NCBI RefSeq assembly: GCF_030144855.1
Contig: NC_082731.1
Span: 20,894,001-20,958,000, forward strand
Origin: Hypanus sabinus
Taxonomy: Eukaryota
Reading direction: 5' to 3'
Length of the DNA stretch: 64,000 nt
The position numbers were made by a program, and so were the translations under genes. The notes below the pieces were generated by a model, which was not told the origin of the DNA, ran no database searches, and was given only the letters and a program-made list of their open reading frames with translations. Within the stretch, counting starts at the first letter, position 1. Each line of letters opens with the position of its first letter. Shown piece after piece: positions 12,700 to 25,089 of the stretch.

Positions 12700-13610
12700 T
12701 CAATCCTTTATCGTGTACTCGGAGCCGATCATTTTACATTTAATGTTGGATTCCCGATATCAGTTTTGGGATGTGTTTCATCTCAGCCATCAGTATTGCT
12801 CAACTTTAATCAACTAGTCCAAAGCCTGGTTCACAGATCCCCCTCCTGCAACTGGATTATATCTCATAAAAGTGACACGCCCTGGTAAACCAATTGGAAA
12901 GAACATCTCATCGTCGCTGATGATCAACAGTGTCGCAATTCAATCACACATTCTCGAACCTTACAGCAAGAACGATTCTGACGCTTCCAAAAATCTAATC
13001 TCTTCGTTAAACGTGACGGCAAAATAGATATAGTTTGCATAATTTCAGATAGAGAAGAGGAGGCGTCCGGCAGCTATAGAGATCAGTTGTTTAAGTGCTG
13101 TCTTAGAAAGACCAAAGTAAATTTTGCACTTCAGGAATGGAAGGCGATGGAAAACATACTAATCTTTATCGAAGGATAGGGAGTGGAAAGGATTAGCAGT
13201 TTGTAATACGTGGCTGTCGACATCTCTGTGGATTTATACTTGACACAATTACAAAGAAGGAATTACAGCGGCTAAATGTCACAAGAGGCTTGAGAATTGG
13301 TCTTCCATCAAATACACACAGTAATTTCGAGAGATTTATGTAGACCATTATAAATGGTTGAGTGTGCGTCTAGAATGGTAGGGAACTGCACTGGAACAAA
13401 GTAAAACAAACAAAATAACCGCAGAATATTTTAAACTCAGCCAGATTCATCATTGACACAACACTCAAAATAATCCAGGATAGCTTTAGAAGGCGGTACT
13501 TCGAATAAAGGAGTCATAGAGGACTCCTCCCTAGTTACCATCACCGAGGAATGCCGTCACACTTAACCTTTCAGGAATCTGCCGTCAGATTTCCAACAGA
13601 CAATCAGCCC
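12700..13610 (+). mobile_element. Rex1/Babar fragment, copy 2
   Basis: Paralog of 5300-6160. Confidence 0.8.
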
Positions 13611-14046
13611 GAAAACCTACCATGGTATATCTTCCCTCACTTTTTGCACTGCTATTTTAATTATTTATTAAATATATACCTCTTGTGCTAATGTATCATA
13701 ATTGTTATGCATTGCAACGCACAAATTGCACGTCAGGATCTCAAGGAGGCATGTGAGACGTGCGGAAGTTCATAATATATATTTTTTTAAAGTTTGAAGT
13801 TTCAGCTCAACTGTCTATTTTCCTCGACAAAATTTGAAGCAGACTGCTTAAAACAAATTGCATCAGGAATAATTATCTTTACACTGTGCATACGCAAACC
13901 ATATCGTGGGACTGTTTTATGCTGGTGAATTCCTCCACAACATATGTCAAACTCTTGCAATCTCTCCATAAATTGTGAGCCTTAAAATCGTCGTTTATGT
14001 CTCCTCAAAGAAAAAAAAAATCATCCATATTTTCATTGCCGTTTTT

Positions 14047-14067
14047 GTTGTTGTTGTTGTTGTTGTT
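14047..14067. repeat. (GTT)7 microsatellite
   Basis: Seven perfect units; shorter and imperfect in the other duplication copies. Confidence 0.9.
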
Positions 14068-14681
14068 ATTTATTTTCAAGGGAGATTGAAAACTGATGAA
14101 TCACTGTATTGCCGGATCATCCAGTGGGAATGGATGAGTGAAAGTCCCTTCAGTGTTTATAATTTGCCTAATTTGCTAATCCAAAATATGCACTCCGTGC
14201 AAAAGCGAGTACATAATCAGTGGAATTACCACTATCACCTCATAGACACTGGAGCAACAATCCGCGAGCATATGAAAATCATGAGCTGAAAAAGAACTGC
14301 TATTTTTGATCATTACTTAGTGGGATCACGATAGACTGTCTACTTTTGAACTGATAGTGAAAATCTGTCATGAACCAAAAATTGAAATTATTGGGAGAAG
14401 ATGATTCTGCTGGTTGCACGGCTCAGACACCACTATCTGTTAAATGCAGTAGATATAATTGTGGCGTCTTAATAAGAGAAATGTACATGTATATTCGTGT
14501 TCCAGGGGAAGACTGGAACTTTTTGTAAATTAAATTCTTGCCGAGTTTTGTAGAAAGCACATTGGTGGACGAAAAGCTACTTTCTGGGTTCCTTTTTACT
14601 TCCAATTTAGCGGTTTGAGAAATGCAGTGATGGAAAAGAACTGCAAAATATGCATGCCCTCTTTCACCTTCCTTAGTTCTA

Positions 14682-15122
14682 CCTCGTGGAACAATTGCAT
14701 GTAGCTACTTCAGATATTAACTCAAGAAGAATGCTCAGACGAGGTGAAACATAAGTGACGTATGAACGCAACGGCTGCAACATTCAACCCTGCACCCTTT
14801 GGTGACAATATATAGGGGCGGGAATTACAAAAACCTCAGTAATGACTGGATTGGAGGAAGTGGCCTCTATCGAATGGAAGACTGTGAAAATATCTGCTCA
14901 TTAACTGAGCCATGAAAAGTGGACAGAAGTGATAAGAAATTAACAGATTTATTATCTGTCTGTCAGGATAATGAACTATATTTATTTCGCACAATGAGAA
15001 AAGGCTACGTTTAAAAAAATATTTTTAGTATTGGAATGATAAATTTCATATTTTCTTGTGGCTATTTTCCCAGTAACCAAAAACAGAAAACATAACTTTC
15101 AAGTACAAAGTACTTGAATCAA
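14682..15122 (-). pseudogene. psiV-C2
   Basis: Paralog of psiV-C1 with the same leader/intron/exon geometry. Confidence 0.7.
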
Positions 15123-15602
15123 GATAAAAGGTTTTTATTATATCTTTCATGAAGTTCAAAACATTTGAATGTACAGACAGTAGGGCAAATTGGCAGTTGT
15201 AGATATATTGTCGTATTTATCGAAAGGTGTCATACAGTTTCTTCTGCTCTTAGCTTAAAATTATCAATTGGAGGACAGAATACAGATGGGACAATTTTAG
15301 GACAAATGGGATGACATGTTACTAAATCTGAATATGCACTCAACGTTCAAATGAGAGATGAATAATAATTATCGTGCATATCCAATAATTAGATTTTGGT
15401 GGATAAGCGCTGTAAGTTCATTCAAGATGTTCAATAGTCTTGATAGTTTAGAACGTGTATATTAACTTATTTAGAGACTCTTAATGTGAGTGTTGCAAAA
15501 AACAAGTACAATGCATCCGACAATCAAGACGCATGGTGTCAACCCTGCTCAGAATGAAGTGACCTAATTTCTGAGAGCAAACAACATTCATATTGCCAAT
15601 TG

Positions 15603-16057
15603 TACAGTGTTTCGGCCTGTAGTAGTAGTAAATCGAAATTCTTTGCGAATTTTGTCAGTTGTATGTGAACGAATGAAAACTGTCGGGAAGCGCAATGCAT
15701 CGTGACTCAGAGTACCGCTAGTTCCAAATACACAGCGTTTATTTATATAGGAAACAATCCGACGCTGGCGTTCACATAGGTAGGTTTCAATGAGATTCAA
15801 CACAACAATCCGGCCAAGTGCGATTGATTCCTTGACTGAAATCAAAAGCCACATGATTGTTTCTGAGTGATTTCACTAAACGATAGCTTCTTCATATTTT
15901 GAAGTATAAGGTTGATTGGATATGTGCGATTCTTATGGCAAAGTTTTACCCCTTTCTATATGAAAGGTCCTAATAAAAGGATTCATGTATCCGTACTGAT
16001 GATTATGTCAGCTTCCAACGTGAAATTGAAAATATTCAGAGAAATTAACTAACACAT
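15603..16057 (-). pseudogene. psiV-D2 candidate
   Basis: Paralog; 46-nt ATG-initiated leader-like exon 16012-16057; CACTGTA at 15603-15609. Confidence 0.45.
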
Positions 16058-16278
16058 ATGAATTACTGTAAATGAAGTGTCTTTGATAAATATTACAGCC
16101 GTCGATGAACAAAAACATCCATTGCAAATGTCAAGTGGTTACGTCACTGGTGATAGTGCTAGATGTCGCTGTGACATGATATGAAAGCATGGGACTAAAC
16201 CTTTTGAATTCATTTAGCATTTACATTAAACTTGATTTGCTCGGTCTCTATCGAGCTCACGAAGAAACTGTGAAAGTG

Positions 16279-16316
16279 GGTTTTTGTTCGAGATTGTTGA
16301 GTTTTTTAACACTGTG
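16279..16316 (-). other. RSS of V2: CACAGTG-22-ACAAAAACC
   Basis: Heptamer 16310-16316, spacer 22 nt, nonamer 16279-16287. Confidence 0.95.
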
Positions 16317-16803
16317 TGCTCATCGCGCAGAGGTAAGTGGCTGGGTCAGAGATTATGGCGTTTTTAATCGAGAGCTCGGAATATTTTTTACTGCTATCAT
16401 AGGAAGCAGATAATAGGTCGGTTACATCTTTATTTCGGTTTACTATCTTTCTGATGACCCGAATCAAATATTGCGGTCGATGTCTGGGGCGCTGCCTGTA
16501 CCAGAAGACATTGATGGATGGATCCGTTGTTTTTAAAGTACAGTTTAGGGTAATATCCCTTCCTTCTTCGATTGCGATTGCATCCAATGACTGTTCTACG
16601 GAATCTTGAAGGCTCCAATCTAACAGTAAATTAAACAAAAATAAAACAAAAGACCATAAGCTCTACTTTGAAAACCATGTTTACAGAAATAGAAAATAAA
16701 ACGTGTTCACAGAAAAATTAGACAGGTCTGGAATATTACAGTAAAGGAACATCTTACCCAGAAGAATCACAACAATGAGGAGCGGCGTGAGACAGGTCTT
16801 CAT
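16317..16803 (-). CDS. TCR alpha/delta V segment V2, intact: join(16758-16803, 16317-16619)
   Basis: Leader MKTCLTPLLIVVILL-G, GT..AG intron of 138 nt, V exon with C, FWYRQ and DPATYLCAM motifs, open frame. Confidence 0.93.
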
Positions 16804-19603
16804 AATCACCTTGTTTGACTCTGTACTTCTGCAACCACAGAGTGGAGACTCATTGCCAGAGGATACATGCACATATCCTTGAACAAACCGACCTATCACA
16901 TCAGGCAACGCAACTGCTGAATCTCTAAAGACACAATAGGTCAAAGCGTTCAGACGTAGTGCAGGAAATGATATTTTGCGAACCCGATCATAGAAGTACA
17001 CAACAAAGGAGTCAAGCACTTTACGAGCTGACATTTAACACCGCAGCGCCACGCATAGGCGAAGAAATGCGTGGCATCCAGCATTCTCGTGGAGTACTGT
17101 CAATAAATTCCGCTTGCTCATCGATCCAGAGTAAACAGGAGTGTAACGAACTGTAAATACAGCAAAAGATGCAATAACAGTCTTTACTCTTCGCTGACGT
17201 GGATTTCTGGCAGAATGTAGAGACGGCAGATTTGATCTGAAAAGCTGGAGTGAGCACACTGCACAGTGCACGATACTTCGACGTGTTCACATGCAACCGA
17301 TGAAAGTAGCATTTCTCTGAATAACACCAATTAACTAGGTGTGTGGAAGTAGTGATTATTCATATATAGGCTGTTGTGACGTGAAGAAAGCATTGAGTTC
17401 ATGTTACACAACCTGGAGAAAAGAAACTATATTTCCCCAGATGGAAGCAAAAGTTAAGAAATTCCCTCACTTGGACTCTTCATTTTTCGATTTTCGCAAG
17501 TTTTCTCGCAAGCAGTGTGTTCCCAAAGTTTCCGTCTTTTATATTTGTCATGTGAAATGAAAGTAATCAATTTGCGTCAGTAACTGCAGCCAAACAATTG
17601 TCTGGCTTTTGATGCCCTGGTTCTCTTTTGTAAACTTGGATGAAAACTCTCGATGATCAAGCTGATCAATATAAAGGAACGATGCATATACGTAAATAGT
17701 AATATCCGGATATGGAACAATGCTTCCCTTCCAGAATGTTGAGATTAATCAGCAAATTTGTCGCCTAAATTGAATCAATTTCTGACGGACCAATTTTCTG
17801 AGTCAGAGACTCGGAAATATTCAAATAAAACCAGATCAAAGTTTTTTTTTTGCGATTTTACAATAGGAAATGTTGCAGTACCATCCGTGTGGACGTTGTC
17901 CGCAATAGTTAATTAATGACTCACAAGTCGCAGAGATCAAAAAGCACGTCTTGCATTTTAGGACACTGGAATGCGAGGTCTTGGTCTTGGATTGCTGGGT
18001 CTGTCGATCATTATCGGCAAGAGTATTTTAAATATCATAAAACCTCGAGGTATCGGAAGTAAACAAATTGCCCATTAAGCGAGGCAGAGTGGAAAAATGC
18101 AAATCAAGTATATTGAACCCAATCCTCGATTGTATGACTATTAGGTAACACCTAAACGGATGGTGTTTTCAAATAGTAACGTTCCCGAAATCAAGGAACT
18201 GGAAAATGCATTCTAACTCGCCATGTTTTACAATAACTCATATATCACCATACTCTGATTCGGAAACTATTCTCTTTAATTTGAAAGACATTTTCGAACG
18301 AAGGCAGATCTCATACAGTGGATATGATTTGAGAAATTAACAGTCTTCGAAGTGTACAAGGGCACTGCATGACTTGGTTCAATGCAACAGTTTCAAAATT
18401 AAATACCTCGTCCGGAATTTCACTAATGAAAGACAACTTGAAACAAACATCCACATCATCACACAGCATCTGCGCAGTGCCGAGAAGTCTTCATACAATT
18501 CGTCATATACCTGAAATTCTGTTCCAAAGTATTATGACCAAATGTAATATGCAGAGCAATTGACCAGTGCGCAACGGAGACCCGTGTATTAATAATAATT
18601 GTTAACGAACCCTTCAGAATAAGGATAGGATTAACTAATAATCAAAAATTAATCTAATATCATCAGCCTTTTTGACAAGAGTTTCACAGCAATATTTATT
18701 GCTTTCGCTCTTGCTATAACGCCTATGAACAATTTTGGTGCAACTTTAATTCACAGGCTTCATACGTAGTTTGAAATAGGGAATTAATTCAGGCAGATAT
18801 GGGAAATGAAAAATAAAAATTTATTCAGTAAGTACCTATCTGCCTCGGGACTTTTTGATATTCTGCTTTGACGAAACATTCTATCAAAGAAGTTACAAAA
18901 AACAGGAAAACATTTTTAATATGTTCGTAAAATTCAAGAGCGTTATTAATAGTTCATCTATTATTAGCTATGCAAACAAACAAGCGGGAATGGAAAAAAT
19001 ATGTTTTTATCAGGAAATCAGAGCGTCCCAAATGAAAAAAAAGGTCTGATAGTGAATTCAGCTCCATCCAGAGGTGAATAATTTTCATCAATTTAGAATG
19101 AATTATCTATTTTTTATCTAACTGCTCCAAGCTCTCTTTTCTTCCTCTGCTGTTTTATTTAATTGCAAAATCTATCAATCAGACGAAAATGTCTTCAATT
19201 TGAATCTGAGGTAACTGTTAGGACAACTATGGCTTTGATCTACCGAGCAGAATTTGCTCCTTTTTCTCTAGACGTCGAAAAAGGAGCCTCTTTGAATTAT
19301 AAACTGTGGCCACCATTTTATGGTTTTATACTCAAAAGCTACCTCATCGCTTGAATAAATGAGACAGAAATACATAATTATCAGATACTTAATAAATAGC
19401 CAACACCCTTATTGTATAAGTAACATAAATATATAAATAGATAAAGGAATAGTAGGTAAATAAATAAACAAAATTATTTCTAAATTTAAGTAAATTATGG
19501 CACAAGCAAGCAAATGGATACTTCTGGAGATAAAGAGAAAAGGATAAATAACCAATCAGGTAAAAAATGTAATAACGTTTAAATCGATGCAGCAGATACA
19601 GCC

Positions 19604-20045
19604 TCTCATGTTGGCACTGCAGACATGAGTCCACTACCATGGGAGAGTGCGATTATTCATGAACATTCGAAAGCGATTGTTAACTCGACAGTTACTCTCA
19701 CTTCCAGTCAGACAATCTTTGCTTTTCGAATGATTGTACCCTCTGGTTTATCAAATTCCTTCCGAGTATTATCGGAGAGAGGGTATTTTTTGATTCATTA
19801 CTGAACTATTCAAAATAATCCTTCTTAATATAGGTCCTCATAGCATCTCTCTGTTCATGTAATGAAATTGCTGCACAACATTTAAGACTAGCAAAAATAT
19901 AGAATTCGAAATGAAAAAAAAGGTTATTTGCAATCAAAACCCTGTTGCAAACTCAGTTGTTTCCTGCTGTTGACGGATTTACGACGCTTGAGTTGGAGTG
20001 TCGCTATGTGCAAAGCAAGAATCGGATAACTACGAAGTAATCCAT
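19604..20045 (-). pseudogene. psiV-G1
   Basis: ATG leader-like start at 20045; exon NVVQQ..IILNSS..VDSCLQC..ATGAG. Confidence 0.55.
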
Positions 20046-20348
20046 TTCTGCTTCTGACCATGTTTACCGTCCTGCAGCTTCACTGTGAACACTAAGTAGA
20101 AATTAATTTGAATACGTCAAAGTAATGGATGTATAATCGGATATGTTGTTACGGTAAATTTTTGTCACCTTGTCACATGAGAATTATTAACCAATCGATG
20201 CAGTAATCAGTTTGATGGGTTCTGCAAAAATACAAATTAGTTCAATTTATCTGTCATCCTTTACCGTTTTATAAATTGTTTAAGAATAGAAACACATCCA
20301 GATATCGCACCTAATAGTTGATTTGTAGAGCATGTCTATTCTTATTTT

Positions 20349-20680
20349 TGTTTGTTTGACTTCTTGTTTATTTTATGAGATACGTTGAGGAATTTGCCCT
20401 TTTTGCACTTCGAGGTATGCAGCCCAGCAATCACCAGATATAAGCCGAGCCTAATCACGTTATAGTTTACAATAGCCTTTCAGATGACCAAAGACTATTA
20501 AACGTTGGGCATTTGGAGGAACAAAGCGTAAACGACACAAATCCCAGGTTGTAGGCGGAGAAAATGCAATCCCTTTACAAGCATTGGTGCGGAATGAATA
20601 CGTGTTATAAGTACAGTAGAATGGTGAACTAAACTGTATCCTTCTGTGCGGTTGTTTGACCTTTCACTCTTTTTATGATA
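20349..20680 (-). pseudogene. psiV-K1, abutting LTR
   Basis: TEG..CTYNT..LHFLRLQPG (cf. LHWYRQxPG)..YLVIAGL; 3' end decayed. Confidence 0.5.
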
Positions 20681-21604
20681 TGTTATATACCCCGTTGGTA
20701 TCTTGTGACAGTCTTAGAACCATGACGTAATTGAGTATCTGGTGATCATGATGTAATAGTCTTGTGATGGTGGGGTGCTGTATTTTCCCGCCAGTCTGAG
20801 GTAACATGATGTAATATTCCCACCAATCAGATGTCACGTGATGGCATATACAAACAGGTATAAAATAAGAAAGCCTTGCTGTGACGCAGGAGCTTTTTTT
20901 TGTTGTTACGTCGTTTAAGTTACTCCGTTACGCAGCGTATTCTTCTCATGACGCAGTTTTGCTTTAAACTGGAGGTTTACTTTCTATCTTAAGCCTCAAT
21001 ATTGATCGCCGGCAGTTTCGCCTCAATGCTGCCAGTTTTAGTCCAGTCAGAGTGTGAAGAATTTACCGATGTACGGAAAACCCGAAGGATAGAGAACAGT
21101 TGGTGTCATCGGCGGTATACTACCCGATCGACCATATTGAATCCTCGTTCAAGGAATTAGTAACCTGCAACACAGATAACCCCTGTCTTACTTAAAGGCA
21201 GAAAGGATTAGGGCAACGTGATTCGTCACGGGAAAATTCAGTTCTTTAAGCCGTCTTTTAATTCCTTCTTCATAAATCCTTCGGGCAATGCATATTTCGG
21301 CTGCGATGAGCAGTAACGTCATGTTGGTAAGGAATTCGTTACTTCAGGAAGTCTCTCCTAATTGACTGTGTAAATCAATTGGACTTTTGCCTTTACCATT
21401 TTTCAGAACTGTGTTCGCCTTTACCACTTTAAGAACTGTGTACCCATTTATCGCTTTAGGAACTGTTCAAGTTGCCCTATGGCCATTAACTTCCAGTTAA
21501 TTTAGTCCTTTGTTTATTTTTATTTGTTGTTGAGCTGATTTTATATAACTGTTTCTTTGTTTTTAAAAACACGTCTCAATTCTATATTCATTGCTGCCGT
21601 AACG
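20681..21604 (+). mobile_element. Solo LTR (pre-duplication insertion), copy 1
   Basis: TGTTA..CGTAAC termini, homologous to 23606-24461, same flanks in four units. Confidence 0.85.
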
Positions 21605-21721
21605 TATCAGCAATTTTTGACAACTTCAATCATTCTCAAAAGTTTTGCAGTTTGTCATCATCAATCTCTCACCACATATTTTGTACGTTTACACCGATTC
21701 CCTGTCCATCGCCATTACAGT

Positions 21722-22075
21722 AGTTTTTGCCAGCCTCTGGATATTTCTCCCACTGTAAGATTCCTCTAGGCGAAAATGGACTGCAGCTTCGTCGTCAATG
21801 GGTTTCGAAACCATACCTTCCTGATCTAACGATCGACCACGCGGTTGAACTGTTCATTGCTATTTGATGCCGGCGCCGTAAGTTGTGCTATTGTACCGAG
21901 TGAATCTGTTATTACAACCTTTTTTCGAGGCGGGCTGCAAGAAGTTCGTCCCTCTTTTTTTTGGATAGGTAATATTAGGTTGTAAACCACAGACCTTACA
22001 TTTCAGATTCAGAAAATACAACAATTGTGCAACTAACTTCATCTTTAATCATGACCACATTGCAGTTAGACAAGT
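21722..22075 (-). pseudogene. psiV-H1a, decayed V with Ig-VH/TRGV-like motifs and RSS remnant
   Basis: NVVM.., LNLKCKVCG, TNFLQP, YGAGIK, DDEAAVHF; TACAGTG (21751-21757)-20 nt-GCAAAAACT (21722-21730). Confidence 0.6.
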
Positions 22076-22360
22076 GCGTACCCTGCTAATGCTGAATATG
22101 CTGGGGATGATACATCATCTAGTGGATGGTTGCACGGAAAATGATCCCAAAGTAACGAATAAAATATAAGCAGTTCCTGGTGGCTTTCTGGGTCCTTTTA
22201 TTCTGCTGAGGTTGACGATATGGAGATTTTTAATTTAACGTTCAATTAACAAGTAGCCTATTCAATTAATATATTTCAAGCTTTACTTCAACGCCAGCAA
22301 ACATCTGCTTGAACCTCTCAGTCTTGCACCTGCCCTTGTACACAGTATTTACCTTTAACC

Positions 22361-22621
22361 AACTTGTGTATTAATTAGGACGCACCGTATATGTTGTGTG
22401 CTCATCTTATGTACAATGAACCAAATACATTGATGCACAGCAAATTAGGTAGATTGAGGGCAACAGGGCAAGACATTCTGTAACTTTTAGAAAATAAGCA
22501 GAAATAGCTTCAGTTGGTTCCTGTTGATTTCGGTTCCCAGGTCTATTATATATAATAGTCGTCATTTGAACCTTATTCTTTATGTGCTGACAAACATTCG
22601 CCTGAATGATTAACTCCGTCA
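22361..22621 (-). pseudogene. psiV-H2a (interrupted by the 22622-23207 insertion)
   Basis: Ends ATGAG-CA-CACAACA-22 nt-ACACAAGTT, the same geometry as the V2/V3/V5 RSS. Confidence 0.6.
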
Positions 22622-22992
22622 GAAGATCTGGTGATGGTGGAGGTCCATCATTAACAGTTACCTCAGCCACTCATATCCCCACAAAGCTGTCCAACCAACC
22701 CCCCATCCCGTTTTTAAACCACATCCAAGGACCATGTGGTTTGTTGGTTGTTGTGTTTTACTGTTATAAATGTTATTCGCAGAGGAGTTACCTTTTCTTC
22801 AGTGCAGGTTGTGAGCTGCTTCAGTCTGGTATATTTGGTAGATCTCAAGGCAAACCAGACTTGTGTCACTCTCATCAGATCATCAATAACATGCAGATTA
22901 CTGATTCTTTTTTAAACTGCAATTTGACTTTTCAGCTTTTTTCTCTTCCCTGCACAGTCGATTTATTTTTAGTTGCCTGATATGCTCTTTGT

Positions 22993-23207
22993 ACATAGAA
23001 ACATAGAAAACCTACATCACAATACAAGCCCTTCAAGGCACAAAGTTGTGCCAAACATGTCCCTGCCTTAGAATTTACTGAGGTAACCCATAGCCCTCTA
23101 TATATTTCTAAGCTACATGTACCTATCCAGGAGTGTCTTAAAAGACCTTATTGTATCCGCCTCCACCACCGTTGCTGGCAGCCCATTCCAATCCCTCACC
23201 ACCATCC
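22993..23207 (-). mobile_element. CR1-type 3' terminus with (TTTCTATG)n-like tail
   Basis: ACATAGAAACATAGAAAA on + is the reverse complement of a tandem tail; body homologous to 26480-26700. Confidence 0.8.
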
Positions 23208-23605
23208 TTTGTAGCTGCAATATTTCAAATTAGCCAATGAAATAAGCAGAAAACTGAAGCTCATTTTAGCAATCCGAAGAAGTATTTACAAATAAGCCAG
23301 TCGTTGAAAGTGAGTTAGCTCATTTAAGGATATCAAAACTAACTCTGAGGAAGTGACTCGCTCAAGTCTGCAGCTTGCGTCTTCTTTCCACACGTACACC
23401 CGCTTGACAACGGAAACCAGAATTTCGATATTTTTGTTTGACTACACAGTGAGCACAACTAAGAGACTTATACTATAAGGAAGGAGGAAATTCTCAGAAA
23501 CGTACAGAATGGTTCATTTAAGCATTGTATTATCATATCGAGACGTCCCATCTATCGGGTTTTCGCATCTTAAAGACCCGGCTATATCATTTTCCAGATA
23601 GCTAC

Positions 23606-24461
23606 TGATACGTACCCGTGGGTACCTTGTACTTGTCACGTGACAGTGGTTGTGAAGCTATACTGGACTTAAGGTAGTGGTCTTGTGATGGTGGAGTGAC
23701 GTCATTTTCCCGCCAGTCGAGATCATGCGACATTTTTTTTTTACAGGCTATAAAAGGAGGAACCTCCCGTGGCTGGTTCTTGCCATTTTGACTCCATGCC
23801 ACTGCGTGGTCCAATATTATGACGCAGTTTAGTTGAAAGATGGAGTTTTATTTAATGCCGTAAGTTTAAAAGGTCATTGCCGGCAGTTTCTTTATAATAC
23901 TGCCGGTTAAAAAAAAAATCAGTGGAGAGTGAAGATAGAGTTCGGGAGCTAAAAGATCGAGGAAAGTCGATTTCGACGTTGAAACAGGTTCGTCCTTGTT
24001 TGATCCTCATTCGGAAGGAATTCGTTGGCTGTCCCCGTTTTAATCCCTGCGAAGTATAGCAGAAATGATTGGGTGCAGTTTTGTAAAGGAAAGGTCAGTG
24101 CCTTTAAGCCATTTCATTTTCATCTTCGTAAATTCTCCGGGAAAAGTATAGTTCGACTGGGAACCGCAACAACACGAAGTGAAAGACAATTTAAATCGTC
24201 TAAACAGTCTCTCCTTTAATGGACTGTAAGCATTTTGAACTTTTGCCGTACTACTTTGAAGAACTGTTTTTGCAACATCGCTTTAAGAACTTCGCTTTAT
24301 TCCTGTAAGAACTGTTTAAGCTGCCGCACAGCAGCTGATTTCCGGTTACGGTAGTCGTTTGTTTACTTTTTGGGGGTTTGTTTTTCAGTGATTATTAAAT
24401 GTTTTATTTGTTATAAAAACCCTCCCTCAATTATATATTTATTGTTGCTGAATCCGTAACA
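23606..24461 (+). mobile_element. Solo LTR, 856 bp, TG..CA, 4-bp TSD CTAC
   Basis: TGATACG..CGTAACA flanked by CTAC (23602-23605, 24462-24465); empty sites at ~49190 and ~61465. Confidence 0.9.
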
Positions 24462-24497
24462 CTACATAAACTTGATTACAGCAGTTTCATTCTGAAG

Positions 24498-24908
24498 GAC
24501 TGTGCATTTGAATCAGTAGCTAAGATATTAATTTTATCATCTCCATTGGGCAGCAATTCTGCTTGCATTGAGTAGCTATTGATCCATCAAAGGGAGAGGA
24601 GGTAACCAGCTAGCGAAGGCCCCATATATTGAGCACCCTGTCTTCCTTCCTTGGATTTTGCGTGTAATATTGGATGTTCGTGAAAAACTATTGTAAACGG
24701 AGTCACTCTGTAAACCCGCTTCCGTGCGGTTACCCTCCATCGGAGACAAAAGTGAGGATGGAGTAAGTACTGTACTGTTACGAATTCCAGCTGGAGGCGC
24801 GGGTGAGGAGGAAAGGGCGGAGGAAGATCCTGATGCAGATTCTCCAGTTTTGTTAGCGAACAGCATGCGGATGAGGAAGGTAATGTTGACGGCATATAAG
24901 CTCAACAT
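24498..24908 (-). pseudogene. psiV-I1 candidate
   Basis: [10 protein letters not shown] (FR1-like), RQGAQYM (cf. RQRPQYL), CACAGTC at 24498-24504. Confidence 0.5.
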
Positions 24909-25089
24909 CAGCGCATATCAGTTCTTCCAAGATGCGTTTCAGTAAGTCAGATATCAGGATTGTGCCAATTCAATGCTCTCAGACCTATGCCGGCTTTTAT
25001 ATTATACCCATGTTTTCCTGTAAGCCGTTGGCTTCTCCGTTAAAGATCTCTTCACCAACTCAAATTCCCAGGTACCCACAACTCAAAAA

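Noticed and set aside
24498-24700. Reading block I as an IgNAR/NAR-TCR V (WYR.....TN...I)
   Set aside because: It needs several frameshifts; the TRAV-type alignment (RQGAQYM, RLS..SEL) fits better. Not supportable by eye.
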